A DNA stretch of 50,961 nt from Minisyncoccota bacterium (GTDB lineage: Bacteria; Patescibacteriota; Minisyncoccia; UBA6257; JAAZHW01): NCBI GenBank assembly GCA_028696375.1, contig JAQVHD010000001.1, positions 1 to 50,961 of the forward strand, written 5' to 3'. The notes under the pieces are model-generated. The model was not told the origin of the DNA. It made no database searches and saw only the letters and a program-made list of their open reading frames with translations. Each line of letters begins with the position of its first letter. Within the stretch, counting starts at the first letter, position 1. Both the position numbers and the translations under genes were made by a program. Positions 33,468 through 42,891 of this stretch are shown one piece after another.

Positions 33468-35237
33468 ATGGATAATTGGGAAATTGCCAAAATTTTATCC
33501 GATCTTTCTTTTTATTTAGAAATGGAAGATGAGCCATTTAAACCGAGGGCTTATGAAAAAGCAGCCTCAGCTATTGAAGCGTTAGATGTGCCACTTCAGG
33601 ATATTTATAAAAAACAAGGCATTAAAGGAATTGAAGAAATCCCCGGCGTTGGAGTTTCAATTGCTGAAAAAATTGAAGAATTATTAAAAACAGGCAAATT
33701 GAAATATTACGAGCAGTTTAAAAAGAAATATCCTCTTGATCTCGATAGTTTAACACGAGTAGAAGGAGTAGGTCCAAAATCTCTAAAAAAACTTTATGAA
33801 AAATTAAAAATCAAAAATTTAGCTGATTTAGAAAAAGCTGCTCGCGAAGGAAAAATTAGAAAAATTGAGGGCTTTGGCGAAAAAACTGAGCAAAACATTT
33901 TAAAGAGCATCGAGTTTTTAAAGCAGGGAGGCCATCGTTTTGTTCTGGGTTTTATTTATCCTCAAGTAGAATCGATCGTGACCCGGTTGTCTAAATTAAA
34001 AGAAGTGAAAAAGATTACTGCCGCTGGTTCAGTAAGAAGAATGAAAGAAACAATCGGAGATCTTGATATTTTAATTATTTCTGACAATCCAATGCCAGTA
34101 ATGGATTATTTTGTTAATCTGCCGGATGTTTTTCAGGTAGTAGCTCACGGTGAGACAAAATCCGCTATTCGGTTAAAAAACGGATTAGACGTGGATTTAA
34201 GAGTAGTGCCTCAAGAATCATTTGGAGCAGCTCTAAACTATTTTACCGGATCAAAAGATCACGGTATCCATTTGCGGGAAATTGCCATTAAAAAGGGTTA
34301 TAAATTAAATGAATACGGACTATTTAAAAATCAAAAATCAAAAATCAAAAATCAAAAAGAGATAAGGTTAGCCGGAGAAACAGAGGAAGAAATTTATGAA
34401 GCATTAGGATTGGATTACATTGAACCGGAAATGCGAGAAGACTGGGGCGAAATTGAACTTGCGGCCAAGCATCAATTACCAAAATTAATTGGCTATAATG
34501 ATATTCAAGGCGATCTTCAAATTCAAACTGATTGGAGCGATGGAGCAAACTCTATTGAAGAATATGTGAGAGAAGCTTTAAAGCAGGGTCTGAAATACAT
34601 TGCAATCACGGATCATACTAAAAGCCTGGCAATGACTGGTGGTTGCGATGAAAAAAAATTATTAAAACAAATGCAGGAGATTGATGGGATTAATCGGCGA
34701 CTTGAAAAAGAAGGGATTGATTTTAAAGTATTAAAAAGCGCCGAGGTGAACATTTTAAAAGATGGCAGTTTGGATATTGAAGCGAATGTTTTAGCTAAAT
34801 TAGATTTGGTGGCAGCAGCAGTTCATTCAAATTTTAATCAGAGCAAAAAAGAGATGACCGAAAGAATTTGTAGGGCTATCCGTAATCCTTTAGTTGATAT
34901 TATTTTTCATCCCACGGGGCGAGTCGTTTTAAAGCGGCCACCTTATGAAATTGATATTGAAGCCATTATTAGCGAAGCTCGTAAAAATGGAACTTGTCTG
35001 GAAGTTGATGCTTATCCGGATCGGTTGGACCTCAAAGACGAACATATTAAAAAGGCAATTGAAGCAGGGGTGAAACTTTCGATTGATTCTGATGCGCACT
35101 CGACAACTCATCTGAACTATCTAAAATTTGGTATTGCTCAAGCACGGCGCGGTTGGGCTACCAAGAATGATATTATTAATACACGTTTATGGTCAGAAAT
35201 GCTAAAATTAATCAAAGCAAACAAAAGAAAAAAATAA
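33468..35237 (+). CDS. polX: Family X DNA polymerase with C-terminal PHP domain
   Basis: 589 aa with HhH motifs (GVGVSIAEKI, GVGPKSLKKL), GSVRRMKETIGDLDIL catalytic aspartates, and PHP histidines (ITDHT..., HSNF, DSDAH). Confidence 0.9.
   Translation: MDNWEIAKILSDLSFYLEMEDEPFKPRAYEKAASAIEALDVPLQDIYKKQGIKGIEEIPGVGVSIAEKIEELLKTGKLKYYEQFKKKYPLDLDSLTRVEGVGPKSLKKLYEKLKIKNLADLEKAAREGKIRKIEGFGEKTEQNILKSIEFLKQGGHRFVLGFIYPQVESIVTRLSKLKEVKKITAAGSVRRMKETIGDLDILIISDNPMPVMDYFVNLPDVFQVVAHGETKSAIRLKNGLDVDLRVVPQESFGAALNYFTGSKDHGIHLREIAIKKGYKLNEYGLFKNQKSKIKNQKEIRLAGETEEEIYEALGLDYIEPEMREDWGEIELAAKHQLPKLIGYNDIQGDLQIQTDWSDGANSIEEYVREALKQGLKYIAITDHTKSLAMTGGCDEKKLLKQMQEIDGINRRLEKEGIDFKVLKSAEVNILKDGSLDIEANVLAKLDLVAAAVHSNFNQSKKEMTERICRAIRNPLVDIIFHPTGRVVLKRPPYEIDIEAIISEARKNGTCLEVDAYPDRLDLKDEHIKKAIEAGVKLSIDSDAHSTTHLNYLKFGIAQARRGWATKNDIINTRLWSEMLKLIKANKRKK
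34326..34353 (+). repeat. (AAAAATC)x4 heptanucleotide tandem repeat inside polX
   Basis: Four perfect head-to-tail units, read through in frame as KNQKSKIKNQK. Confidence 0.9.
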
Positions 35238-35698
35238 AATTTGAAATTTCGGTAGGTATTTTTCTTTTTCGGCGAGAAAAAGGAAAATGTCTGTGGCTGC
35301 TACTTCATTATCCAGCCGGTCACTGGGATTTTATCAAGGGACATATTGAAAAAAATGAAAAAATAGAGGAAACTATAAGAAGAGAGGTTTTGGAGGAAAC
35401 GGGAATTAAAAGTTTTAAAATCATTCCTCATTTTCAAAAGACGCTCGATTATTGGTTTAATAATAAACGATATACAGGAGAGGACGAGATGGTTCATAAA
35501 AAAGTTATTTTTTTATTAGGAGAAACGAAAGAGAAAAAAATTCAAATTTCGTCGGAGCATTTGGAAGGAGGTTGGTTTACAACTGAAGAGACTCTAAAAA
35601 TATTAACTTTCAATAATGTAAAAAAATATTTTCTTCAAGCCGTCGCCTTTCTTAAAAAGTCAGGAATTTATCAAAATAAACAAAATGCCAAAAAATAA
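35189..35698 (+). CDS. Nudix hydrolase
   Basis: Nudix box GHWDFIKGHIEKNEKIEETIRREVLEETGI. The start is uncertain: the ATG at 35189 overlaps the polX end by 49 nt. Confidence 0.75.
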   Translation: MVRNAKINQSKQKKKIKFEISVGIFLFRREKGKCLWLLLHYPAGHWDFIKGHIEKNEKIEETIRREVLEETGIKSFKIIPHFQKTLDYWFNNKRYTGEDEMVHKKVIFLLGETKEKKIQISSEHLEGGWFTTEETLKILTFNNVKKYFLQAVAFLKKSGIYQNKQNAKK

Positions 35699-37175
35699 AT
35701 CCATTACGAATCAAAAGACAAAAACAATTAAAAAACATAGAACAACCAATTCTGCTAAAAAAAATTCCAGAGTAAATCAGCAGATTGAAAACAAAATAAG
35801 CAATGACAAAATCAAACTTTATTTTTATGGAGCCGCGAAGGAAGTCGAGGGAAGTTGTTTTTTAGTAGAATATAAAAATGAAAAAATATTAATCGATTGC
35901 GGCATTCATCGAGATATCCGGAGTCAAATTAATGCTCAGCCATTACCATTTCAAGCCGAAGAAATTAAAGCGATTGTTTTAACCCATGCCCACATTGATC
36001 ATAGCGGCTTAATCCCATTTGTTTATAAAAACGGTTTTAGAGGGAAAATTTATGCCACTCCTCCAACTATTGATTTTTGTGTTTTGCTTTGGGAAGACGC
36101 CTATAATCTTATGGAAGATGCTGCAGAAACACAAGGCCTCCCCTTGCTTTATACGCGAGAAGAAATGAACGAAGCGCTGAAGCTATTTAGCCCTAGTCCC
36201 TATTATCAAGAAATACAAATTTCGCAAAACATTTCTTTTATTTTTTACAACGCTGGTCATATTTTAGGATCGGCAATCGTTTTATTAAAAATTAAAAAAG
36301 ACAACGGTCGAGAAACAAAAATTATTTTTTCGGGCGATTTAGGCAACCCCTTTAACTTGTTATTGCCAGATACAGATATTATTAGCGAAGAAGCGGATTA
36401 TTGCCTAGTAGAATCAACGTACGGTGATCGGGTTCATGAAGATGCAGAAATCAGGAGGGAATTGCTAGAGGATGCCGTTGAAGAAATTATTGCTAATCGC
36501 GGAGTTTTAATGATTCCTGTGTTGGCCGTAGAGCGAACTCAAGAAATTCTGGTTGAGCTAAACGAACTGGTTGTTCATCATCGCGTGCCCCTGGTTCCTA
36601 TTTTTATGGATAGTCCTTTGGCGATTAAGGTGACAGAAGTTTATCAAAAATATTTGGATTATATCAAAATTGAAGCCTTTAAATTCGTTAGCAACGGAAG
36701 GGGATTATTTAATTTTCCCGGCTTAACATTTACATTGACTACCGAAGAATCAAAAGCGATTAATGCTGTCCCGCCGCCAAAAGTAATATTGGCTGGTTCT
36801 GGTTCATCGGAGGGGGGTCGCATCTTACATCACGAGAAAAGATATTTACCCGATCCGCATAGCATTCTTTTAATTGTTTCCTATCAGGCTGAAAATTCTT
36901 TAGGGCGTCGTTTGTTAGAAGGCGCTTCAGAAGTTGAAATTCACAATGAAACAGTTAAAGTAAATTGTAGAGTGCAACAGATTACAGGATATTCCGCCCA
37001 CGCGGATCAAAAGATGCTTCTTCAATGGATTAAAGAATTAAGATTTCGTTTAAAAAAATTGTTTGTGGTTCATGGCGAAGAAACAGCGGCTAATACCTTA
37101 GCCCAAAAAGTGCGGGATAACTTTGGTATTTTTACGGAAGTGCCAAATCATGGTGATTGGGTAGAGCTGGAGTAA
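35685..37175 (+). CDS. MBL-fold beta-CASP RNA-metabolising hydrolase
   Basis: 496 aa with THAHIDHSG, beta-CASP motifs, the C-terminal GYSAHAD motif, and a basic N-terminal tail. Confidence 0.85.
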   Translation: MPKNKSITNQKTKTIKKHRTTNSAKKNSRVNQQIENKISNDKIKLYFYGAAKEVEGSCFLVEYKNEKILIDCGIHRDIRSQINAQPLPFQAEEIKAIVLTHAHIDHSGLIPFVYKNGFRGKIYATPPTIDFCVLLWEDAYNLMEDAAETQGLPLLYTREEMNEALKLFSPSPYYQEIQISQNISFIFYNAGHILGSAIVLLKIKKDNGRETKIIFSGDLGNPFNLLLPDTDIISEEADYCLVESTYGDRVHEDAEIRRELLEDAVEEIIANRGVLMIPVLAVERTQEILVELNELVVHHRVPLVPIFMDSPLAIKVTEVYQKYLDYIKIEAFKFVSNGRGLFNFPGLTFTLTTEESKAINAVPPPKVILAGSGSSEGGRILHHEKRYLPDPHSILLIVSYQAENSLGRRLLEGASEVEIHNETVKVNCRVQQITGYSAHADQKMLLQWIKELRFRLKKLFVVHGEETAANTLAQKVRDNFGIFTEVPNHGDWVELE

Positions 37176-37354
37176 TCATGTCAATTACTTGTCCGATTTG
37201 CTTTCGGTCACTCGAAGGCGGGGGCAAATTTCAATGAATAAAATAATCAAAACCGCAATGTCAAAACTCAACACCATAACCCAAAACCAATTAACTTATT
37301 TGAATATTTGAATTTGTTTGGATTAGGATCTGGTATTTTTGATTTAATCTTTTT

Positions 37355-37441
37355 GGAGGAGTGGCCGAGTGGTTTAAGGCGCGGCTCTCGAAAAGCCGTT
37401 GGGGAGCAATCCCCTCGTGAGTTCGAATCTCACCTCCTCCG
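37355..37441 (+). tRNA. tRNA-Ser (anticodon CGA)
   Basis: 87 nt: acceptor GGAGGAG/CTCCTCC, anticodon stem CGGCT/AGCCG with loop CTCGAAA, a long variable arm (GGGGA...TCCCC), T-loop TTCGAAT. No CCA is encoded. Confidence 0.9.
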
Positions 37442-37711
37442 CTAGTTTTCAAGCGATCAGAACTCGCTGAACGAAATGAGACGGCTTCCAATTGTTTGAA
37501 AAATCCTGTCTGGTGGTGTATTCTTAAATTAGTTCGAACCGAATTTTCTTGCCGCGCTTCGCGCGGCTCGGAGGTAGCGGAGTAAAAATGAATCTGCTAT
37601 TTATTAATGGAACTTTGATAAACTGGAGTGCACTTATAATAAGTTTAAACCAGCGACACAACAAGGTAGTTGCTCTTGATTTTTTCTTTTAAATATGTTA
37701 TAATTAATAAT

Positions 37712-38743
37712 ATGGGGAAAGGTTTTGAAATAAAAGCTATAGGAGGGGCTTCGGAAGAAGCAAAAGAGTCTATCAAACGCGATATTGAGCGTGCTTTATT
37801 TGATCACTTTGATTCTCTGTCTCCAAAAGAGCAGGCGATGCTTTTCCGTTATGAGAGGCCAAAATCAGAAAAAGAGCTAGCAATTATTCAATTGGCTGAC
37901 CAGGAGACTTCTCAACTAATGAGAGAAGCTGGCCGCGAACCCTACAGTGTGCCTTTTGAAAATTTTCATATTATTCCTCCTAGGCCCTATAAGGAATTAT
38001 TTGCCAGGGATACGGTGGCGGCTAGTTTTTGTGTTCAGCAGGGAATAATTTTTAATGATGAACAGTTTAGAGATAATTCACTTTACTTTGGCATTAGCGC
38101 TTTTCATGAGTTGCTTCATTTGAAAGGGCATTTGTCGGTGCAAGTCGAAGAAGAAAAAGATACATTGAAAGTCCGCGGTTCGCTTTATCGACATGGCGTG
38201 ACAGCTTATTCTTCTCAACGAGCTAATAGAAAAAATCAATTTCATTTTCATTTGTCCGGTCTTCATGAGGCTATTGTATCTGAAGCAGAAAAAGAATTTT
38301 TCCCAAAATTGCTTAATTTGCCGGAATTAGCCCTAGAAAAGAAAGGGATGAATTCTGAAAAAGCCAAAGCCTTAAAGAAAAAAATTGCTACACAAAATGG
38401 GATTCCCGAAGAAGATATTATTTGGGTCGATGAAGACGGTAGTGACTATGAGACATTTTCTTATCCGGCTCATCGCAGAACCTTAGAATATGTTTGTGAA
38501 GAAATTCAAAAGCAATATCCAGATAAATTTGAAACTCCCAATGAAGTATACAAGCTGTTTCTTAATGCTCATTTTACCGGTCAACTTTTGCCCATTGCTC
38601 GATTAATGGAAAAAACTTTTGGCGAAAATAGTTTTCGGTTGTTGGGAAATATGGGCACCTCTAACGAAAGTGCTATTTTGCATTTAGAATCATTGCAAAA
38701 GGCAAGATCACGTTATTTGCGTGAATCTTTAAAAGGAAAATAA
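37712..38743 (+). CDS. Hypothetical cytoplasmic protein with HExxH zinc-peptidase-like motif
   Basis: ATG at 37712 (the track start is upstream). AFHELLHLKGH is the only recognisable motif. No signal peptide. Confidence 0.55.
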   Translation: MGKGFEIKAIGGASEEAKESIKRDIERALFDHFDSLSPKEQAMLFRYERPKSEKELAIIQLADQETSQLMREAGREPYSVPFENFHIIPPRPYKELFARDTVAASFCVQQGIIFNDEQFRDNSLYFGISAFHELLHLKGHLSVQVEEEKDTLKVRGSLYRHGVTAYSSQRANRKNQFHFHLSGLHEAIVSEAEKEFFPKLLNLPELALEKKGMNSEKAKALKKKIATQNGIPEEDIIWVDEDGSDYETFSYPAHRRTLEYVCEEIQKQYPDKFETPNEVYKLFLNAHFTGQLLPIARLMEKTFGENSFRLLGNMGTSNESAILHLESLQKARSRYLRESLKGK

Positions 38744-38754
38744 TTATTTTAATT

Positions 38755-38800
38755 GAGATGAGAAAAACTGCGGGCGTCTGCCCGCAGTTTTTCTCATCTC
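38755..38800. terminator. Bidirectional terminator, 21-bp perfect stem
   Basis: gagatgagaaaaactgcgggc-gtct-gcccgcagtttttctcatctc, between convergent genes. Confidence 0.65.
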
Positions 38801-40221
38801 TAATCCTTTTTATTATTTTTTTTCGCGCTTTCCGCTGCCTTTTCTTTCCAATGTTTATATTTTTTATTCATTCCGTTTTCCCAAACAGGATCGGCAATTT
38901 TTTTATAAGCCTTTGAATATTCATCCAAGAAATGACAAATGGTTGGGTTGCAAACAGCATCATCAGCGCCTTCGTATGAAGGTTTTGCATTATATTCTTT
39001 TACAATTCTTCTTAATACTTCCGGATTATCGATAAAGGCGCAAGGAGTAAGCAGATTCCCATTGTCGCAATAAGGTTGAGCTTCTTGAAAGGCTTGGAAA
39101 AATGGCGAGCGAATGATATCCAAAAGATGCTTGTCTTTTATATTATCAACGGAGAATTGCAGGAAAGCGCAGGGCTCTACTCCACCATTGCAGTTGATGT
39201 GGAAATATCCGCCGGGTCGAGCGCCAGCAATGCAGCCGCCTGCATAAGGGCCATCATTCCAGAAATCACCAACAAAAAGCGGTTTGGTATTTCGAATTTC
39301 ATTAGTTCTCATTCTTAATCTGTTGCGGTCTTCTGGTGAAACCATTAAATTAACATCGGGTTTGCGGCCTACGGGGACATATTGGAAATACCATCCAAAA
39401 GAGCATCCCTTTTGGATCATTAAATCAACAAATTCATCCGACATAAGCGCTTCTACATTTAATTTGGTGGGAGTGACGGAAAAACCAAAGGGCACACCAG
39501 CTTCTTTAAGATTATCCATCGCTTCCATAATTTTTTTGAATGTTCCGGGGCCACGGCGGTCGTCAGTCTCTTTTTCAAATCCTTCAATGGAAATGGCGGG
39601 GGCCACATTCCCTAATTTTGCCAGTTTTTTAGTCATTTCTTTAGTTAATAACGTTCCATTAGTATAAGTCATGAAGTACATATCATTGTGTTTCTCAAAC
39701 ACTTCTAGAATATGCGGCCAGAAATAAGGTTCACCACCGGAAATCACCACAAAATAAATGCCCAATTCTTTAGCTTCATTAAGAATTCTATCAACTAATT
39801 CAAAAGGCAGCCCTTCATCTTTGATATATCTTCCAGCGTAGCAGCCACGACAATTGAGATTGCATTGGGCTGTTGGACTCATTACAAAAAACCAAGGTAA
39901 ACCAAACCCGAGTTCTTTCGCGAGTTTTTGACGCCGTTGATTCTCAACCACCATCGCATTAATAATCAGATTTTCGATTAATTTGTCGCGACATTCCTTA
40001 GAGATGCTGGTTAAAGTGCGGCGAACTAATTCAAGAGCGGGATGCTTTTGTTCAAAAAGCTTCTTTATATCTTCGGCTTGCTGCTTTAGAGTCGGATCAT
40101 CAATTAAATACTTTTCGCCCATTTCAATAATTTGAATCAAATTTTCATCCGACAGATCAGCGAGGTTATTAAAAATAACTTTTAAAGTTTGTTTTTGGAG
40201 AGATGAATTTTTTTTAGCCAT
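38800..40221 (-). CDS. Large radical SAM enzyme with C-terminal Cys-rich auxiliary-cluster-like region
   Basis: 473 aa with CNLNCRGCYAG (CxxxCxxC) after a roughly 100-aa helical N-domain, VISGGEPY, and C-terminal cysteines (GGCIAGARPGG, INCNGGVEPCAF, CDNGNLLTPCAF). Confidence 0.8.
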   Translation of the reverse strand: MAKKNSSLQKQTLKVIFNNLADLSDENLIQIIEMGEKYLIDDPTLKQQAEDIKKLFEQKHPALELVRRTLTSISKECRDKLIENLIINAMVVENQRRQKLAKELGFGLPWFFVMSPTAQCNLNCRGCYAGRYIKDEGLPFELVDRILNEAKELGIYFVVISGGEPYFWPHILEVFEKHNDMYFMTYTNGTLLTKEMTKKLAKLGNVAPAISIEGFEKETDDRRGPGTFKKIMEAMDNLKEAGVPFGFSVTPTKLNVEALMSDEFVDLMIQKGCSFGWYFQYVPVGRKPDVNLMVSPEDRNRLRMRTNEIRNTKPLFVGDFWNDGPYAGGCIAGARPGGYFHINCNGGVEPCAFLQFSVDNIKDKHLLDIIRSPFFQAFQEAQPYCDNGNLLTPCAFIDNPEVLRRIVKEYNAKPSYEGADDAVCNPTICHFLDEYSKAYKKIADPVWENGMNKKYKHWKEKAAESAKKNNKKD

Positions 40222-40356
40222 TTTTATCCATATAAAAATTCAGCCAGCCATTTAGAGGATTTAATTGAGCTGTTCTTTTTACTATAACCTCACTTTTAAT
40301 AAAGTCAACCCTGTTAATTATTTGTAATCCCTTCTTAAAAGTTTATAATAGAATTG

Positions 40357-40860
40357 ATGACAAAACAAGATCAAATTCCGATTGAAGGAAAAGAAGAAAA
40401 GAAGAAAGAGCAAATCCCTTTGGATGATTCTGAATTTTGGGTCATTGATGATGGGGTAGAAATTATTAACTCCCTGATGCGTATGTGGAATGAAACAATC
40501 GAGAAGAATCATTTAAAGGCAAAAATTTTTAGCACAGCTTTTGACGCTTTGTCTGAAATTGCCAATAGAAAAAAAGATAAAAAATCTTTGCCGAAGGTAA
40601 TTTTTATGGATGCATGGCTTGAAGATGATGTTTTTGACGAATTGCGTTTTGGCGGCAATGTGATTAAAAAAATTAGAGAGATGGAAGATATTCTGCAGCC
40701 ACAGATTATTGCTCATAGTTCCGAAGATAGATATAACGAAGAATTAAAAACAGCTGGAGCCGATCTAATGATTAAAAAAGGAGATTACAAAAGCTCTGGG
40801 GCTTTTTTGGAAAATTTAGGACAATCCAATAAAACTAAAAACGAAAAAGGAAAAGATTAA
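40357..40860 (+). CDS. Stand-alone receiver (CheY-like) domain protein, divergent
   Basis: WVIDDG, VIFMDAWL (putative phospho-Asp), AHSS and MIKKGD follow the REC pattern. No output domain. Confidence 0.5.
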   Translation: MTKQDQIPIEGKEEKKKEQIPLDDSEFWVIDDGVEIINSLMRMWNETIEKNHLKAKIFSTAFDALSEIANRKKDKKSLPKVIFMDAWLEDDVFDELRFGGNVIKKIREMEDILQPQIIAHSSEDRYNEELKTAGADLMIKKGDYKSSGAFLENLGQSNKTKNEKGKD

Positions 40861-40897
40861 TTTGGGTTTAGGAAAAATATTTTATCAGATCATATTA

Positions 40898-41527
40898 ATG
40901 TCTCAAGAAACAAAGAAAAAAATTAAAATTTGCGCATTGATTGGTCGAGGTGGGCGACTGCAAGCAATTTATAATTGCGTCAAAGATTATCCTTTAGCAG
41001 AATTAGCGCTGGTTGTTTCTCATAAAAAAGAATCCCCGGGCATCGATTGGGCGAAAGATCATAATGTTGAAGCTTTTTATTTTCGTCTTTCTGATTGGAA
41101 GGCTCAGGACAAGGACCGTCTGGCTTTTGATGATGAATTAGGAAAGATGCTGAAAGAACGGGGAATTGATTTAGTGGTGATGGCTGGGTGGGATTTGATT
41201 GTTTCCAAAGAATTTCTCAAATATTTTCCTAATGCGGTTATTAATATTCATCCGGCGCTGTCGCCGGCTTTTCCGGGGCTCGATGCGCCAAAACAGGCTT
41301 TGGAATACGGAGTCAAAATTACTGGTTGTACTTTGCACTTTGTTGATGAAGGTGTTGACACCGGCCCCATTATTTTTCAGCGTGCCGTCGTTGTTGAAGA
41401 TGACGATACCGTGGAAAGCTTGGAAGAAAAAATTCATCAACAAGAAGACGAAGTTTTATGTCAGGGTATAAGAGCGTTTGCTGAAGGCCGAATTGTAATT
41501 AAGGGACGCAGAGTGATTGTTTTATGA
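40898..41527 (+). CDS. purN: Phosphoribosylglycinamide formyltransferase
   Basis: NIHPALSPAFPGLDAPKQALEYGVKITGCTLHFVDEGVDTGPII is the formyltransferase core. ATG start chosen. Confidence 0.8.
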   Translation: MSQETKKKIKICALIGRGGRLQAIYNCVKDYPLAELALVVSHKKESPGIDWAKDHNVEAFYFRLSDWKAQDKDRLAFDDELGKMLKERGIDLVVMAGWDLIVSKEFLKYFPNAVINIHPALSPAFPGLDAPKQALEYGVKITGCTLHFVDEGVDTGPIIFQRAVVVEDDDTVESLEEKIHQQEDEVLCQGIRAFAEGRIVIKGRRVIVL

Positions 41528-42891
41528 GTGATTTTTTGAAAAAAATTCCTTTACGATGGCTTCTTTTGGTTTTGGTAACAGCTGTGGCAATCGTTGCTTT
41601 AATTTATTACGCGCCCAAAAAAGAAATTAAAAATTACAGCATTGTTTTAAGCGGCCCCTCGGAAAATCATGTTGAATTTCAATATGGCGCATGGCCTCAG
41701 CTGGGCGATGTTAATTTTTTTAATAATGTTTTGAAAAAATTTATTAATGAAAGAATTGATTTTATTGAAGCGGATTTAGATCAAATGAAGCTCAGCGTTT
41801 TTAAAAATGGCGAAAAGGTAAAAGAAGTGCCTATTATTGCGAAAGGGAAAGAGGGCTCTTGGTGGGAAACGCCGGTTGGTTTGTATAAAATTGAAGCTAA
41901 ATATAAAAATGCGTATTCCAGTTTTGCCGGTGTTTATATGCCTTATAGTTTGGTTTTTGAAGGTAATTTTCTTATTCATGGCTGGCCTTATTATTCTTCT
42001 GGCAAACCAGTAGCTTCAACTTATTCTGGAGGGTGCATTCGGCTTTTCGATGAAGACGCTAAAGAGATTTATAATTTAGTCGAAGTCGGTATGCCGGTTT
42101 TAGTATTTAAAAAAGCCTTTGAAGTAGAAAATTCCACTTATCAATACAAAATTCCCGAATTGACTGCTCAAGCTTATCTCGCCGCTGATTTAAAAAATAA
42201 TTTTGTTTTTCTCGAAAAGAACAGGAGTCAAATTATTCCTATTGCTTCCGTTACGAAATTAATTACATCTCTGGTTGTTTTGGATCATACTAATTTAGAA
42301 TATTATGCCCGCGTTCCTCAGGAGGCCTTAGTTTTTACCTCTATTCCTCGTTTGAAGGCTGGTCAAAAAATTTCTATTTTTGATTTATTGGCTTTGCTTC
42401 TTGTAGAATCGTCAAATGAGGCGGGTAACACTCTGGCAGCATTTTTGGGACCGGAGAAGACAGTGAGCTGGATGAACGATCAGGCGAAAAGTATCGGCAT
42501 GATCAATAGCCATTTCGTTGATCCCAATGGTGTTAGTTTAGAAAACGTTTCCACACCACTCGATTTATACCAATTATCCAAGTATCTTTATTTCAATCGC
42601 AGTTTTGTTTTAAGAATGACCAAAGGCGTTTTTGATAATGATTATTATGGCAAACCCTCTTATAATCTTAAAAATTTAAATCTTTTTGCTGATGATCCTA
42701 ATTTTGTCGGTGGCAAAATGGGGCTCACATCAGGGAGCGGCGAAACAATGCTTTCAGTTTTTGAGTTATCTTTGGGAAGTGAGGAAAAACGGCCAATTGT
42801 CTTTATTGCTTTAAATTCTAAAGATGTTTATACTGACATTATTAAAATGGTCGAATTTGTAAAAAATTATTATCAATTTGAAAATGAATAA
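41524..42891 (+). CDS. Fusion of L,D-transpeptidase (YkuD) domain and S11 D-alanyl-D-alanine carboxypeptidase domain
   Basis: An N-terminal TM anchor. YkuD motif HGWPY...SGGCIRL. Then SVTKLIT (SxxK), SSNEA (SxN) and a KxG-like GGKMGLTSG. Confidence 0.8.
   Translation: MSDFLKKIPLRWLLLVLVTAVAIVALIYYAPKKEIKNYSIVLSGPSENHVEFQYGAWPQLGDVNFFNNVLKKFINERIDFIEADLDQMKLSVFKNGEKVKEVPIIAKGKEGSWWETPVGLYKIEAKYKNAYSSFAGVYMPYSLVFEGNFLIHGWPYYSSGKPVASTYSGGCIRLFDEDAKEIYNLVEVGMPVLVFKKAFEVENSTYQYKIPELTAQAYLAADLKNNFVFLEKNRSQIIPIASVTKLITSLVVLDHTNLEYYARVPQEALVFTSIPRLKAGQKISIFDLLALLLVESSNEAGNTLAAFLGPEKTVSWMNDQAKSIGMINSHFVDPNGVSLENVSTPLDLYQLSKYLYFNRSFVLRMTKGVFDNDYYGKPSYNLKNLNLFADDPNFVGGKMGLTSGSGETMLSVFELSLGSEEKRPIVFIALNSKDVYTDIIKMVEFVKNYYQFENE

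Noticed and set aside
37291-37491. 66-aa minus-strand ORF.
   Set aside because: It is antisense to, and fully spans, tRNA-Ser(CGA).
41171-41471. ORFs 41171-41443 (-) and 41199-41471 (+) inside purN.
   Set aside because: They are alternative-frame or antisense ORFs within a gene with a clear formyltransferase motif. They have no independent support.
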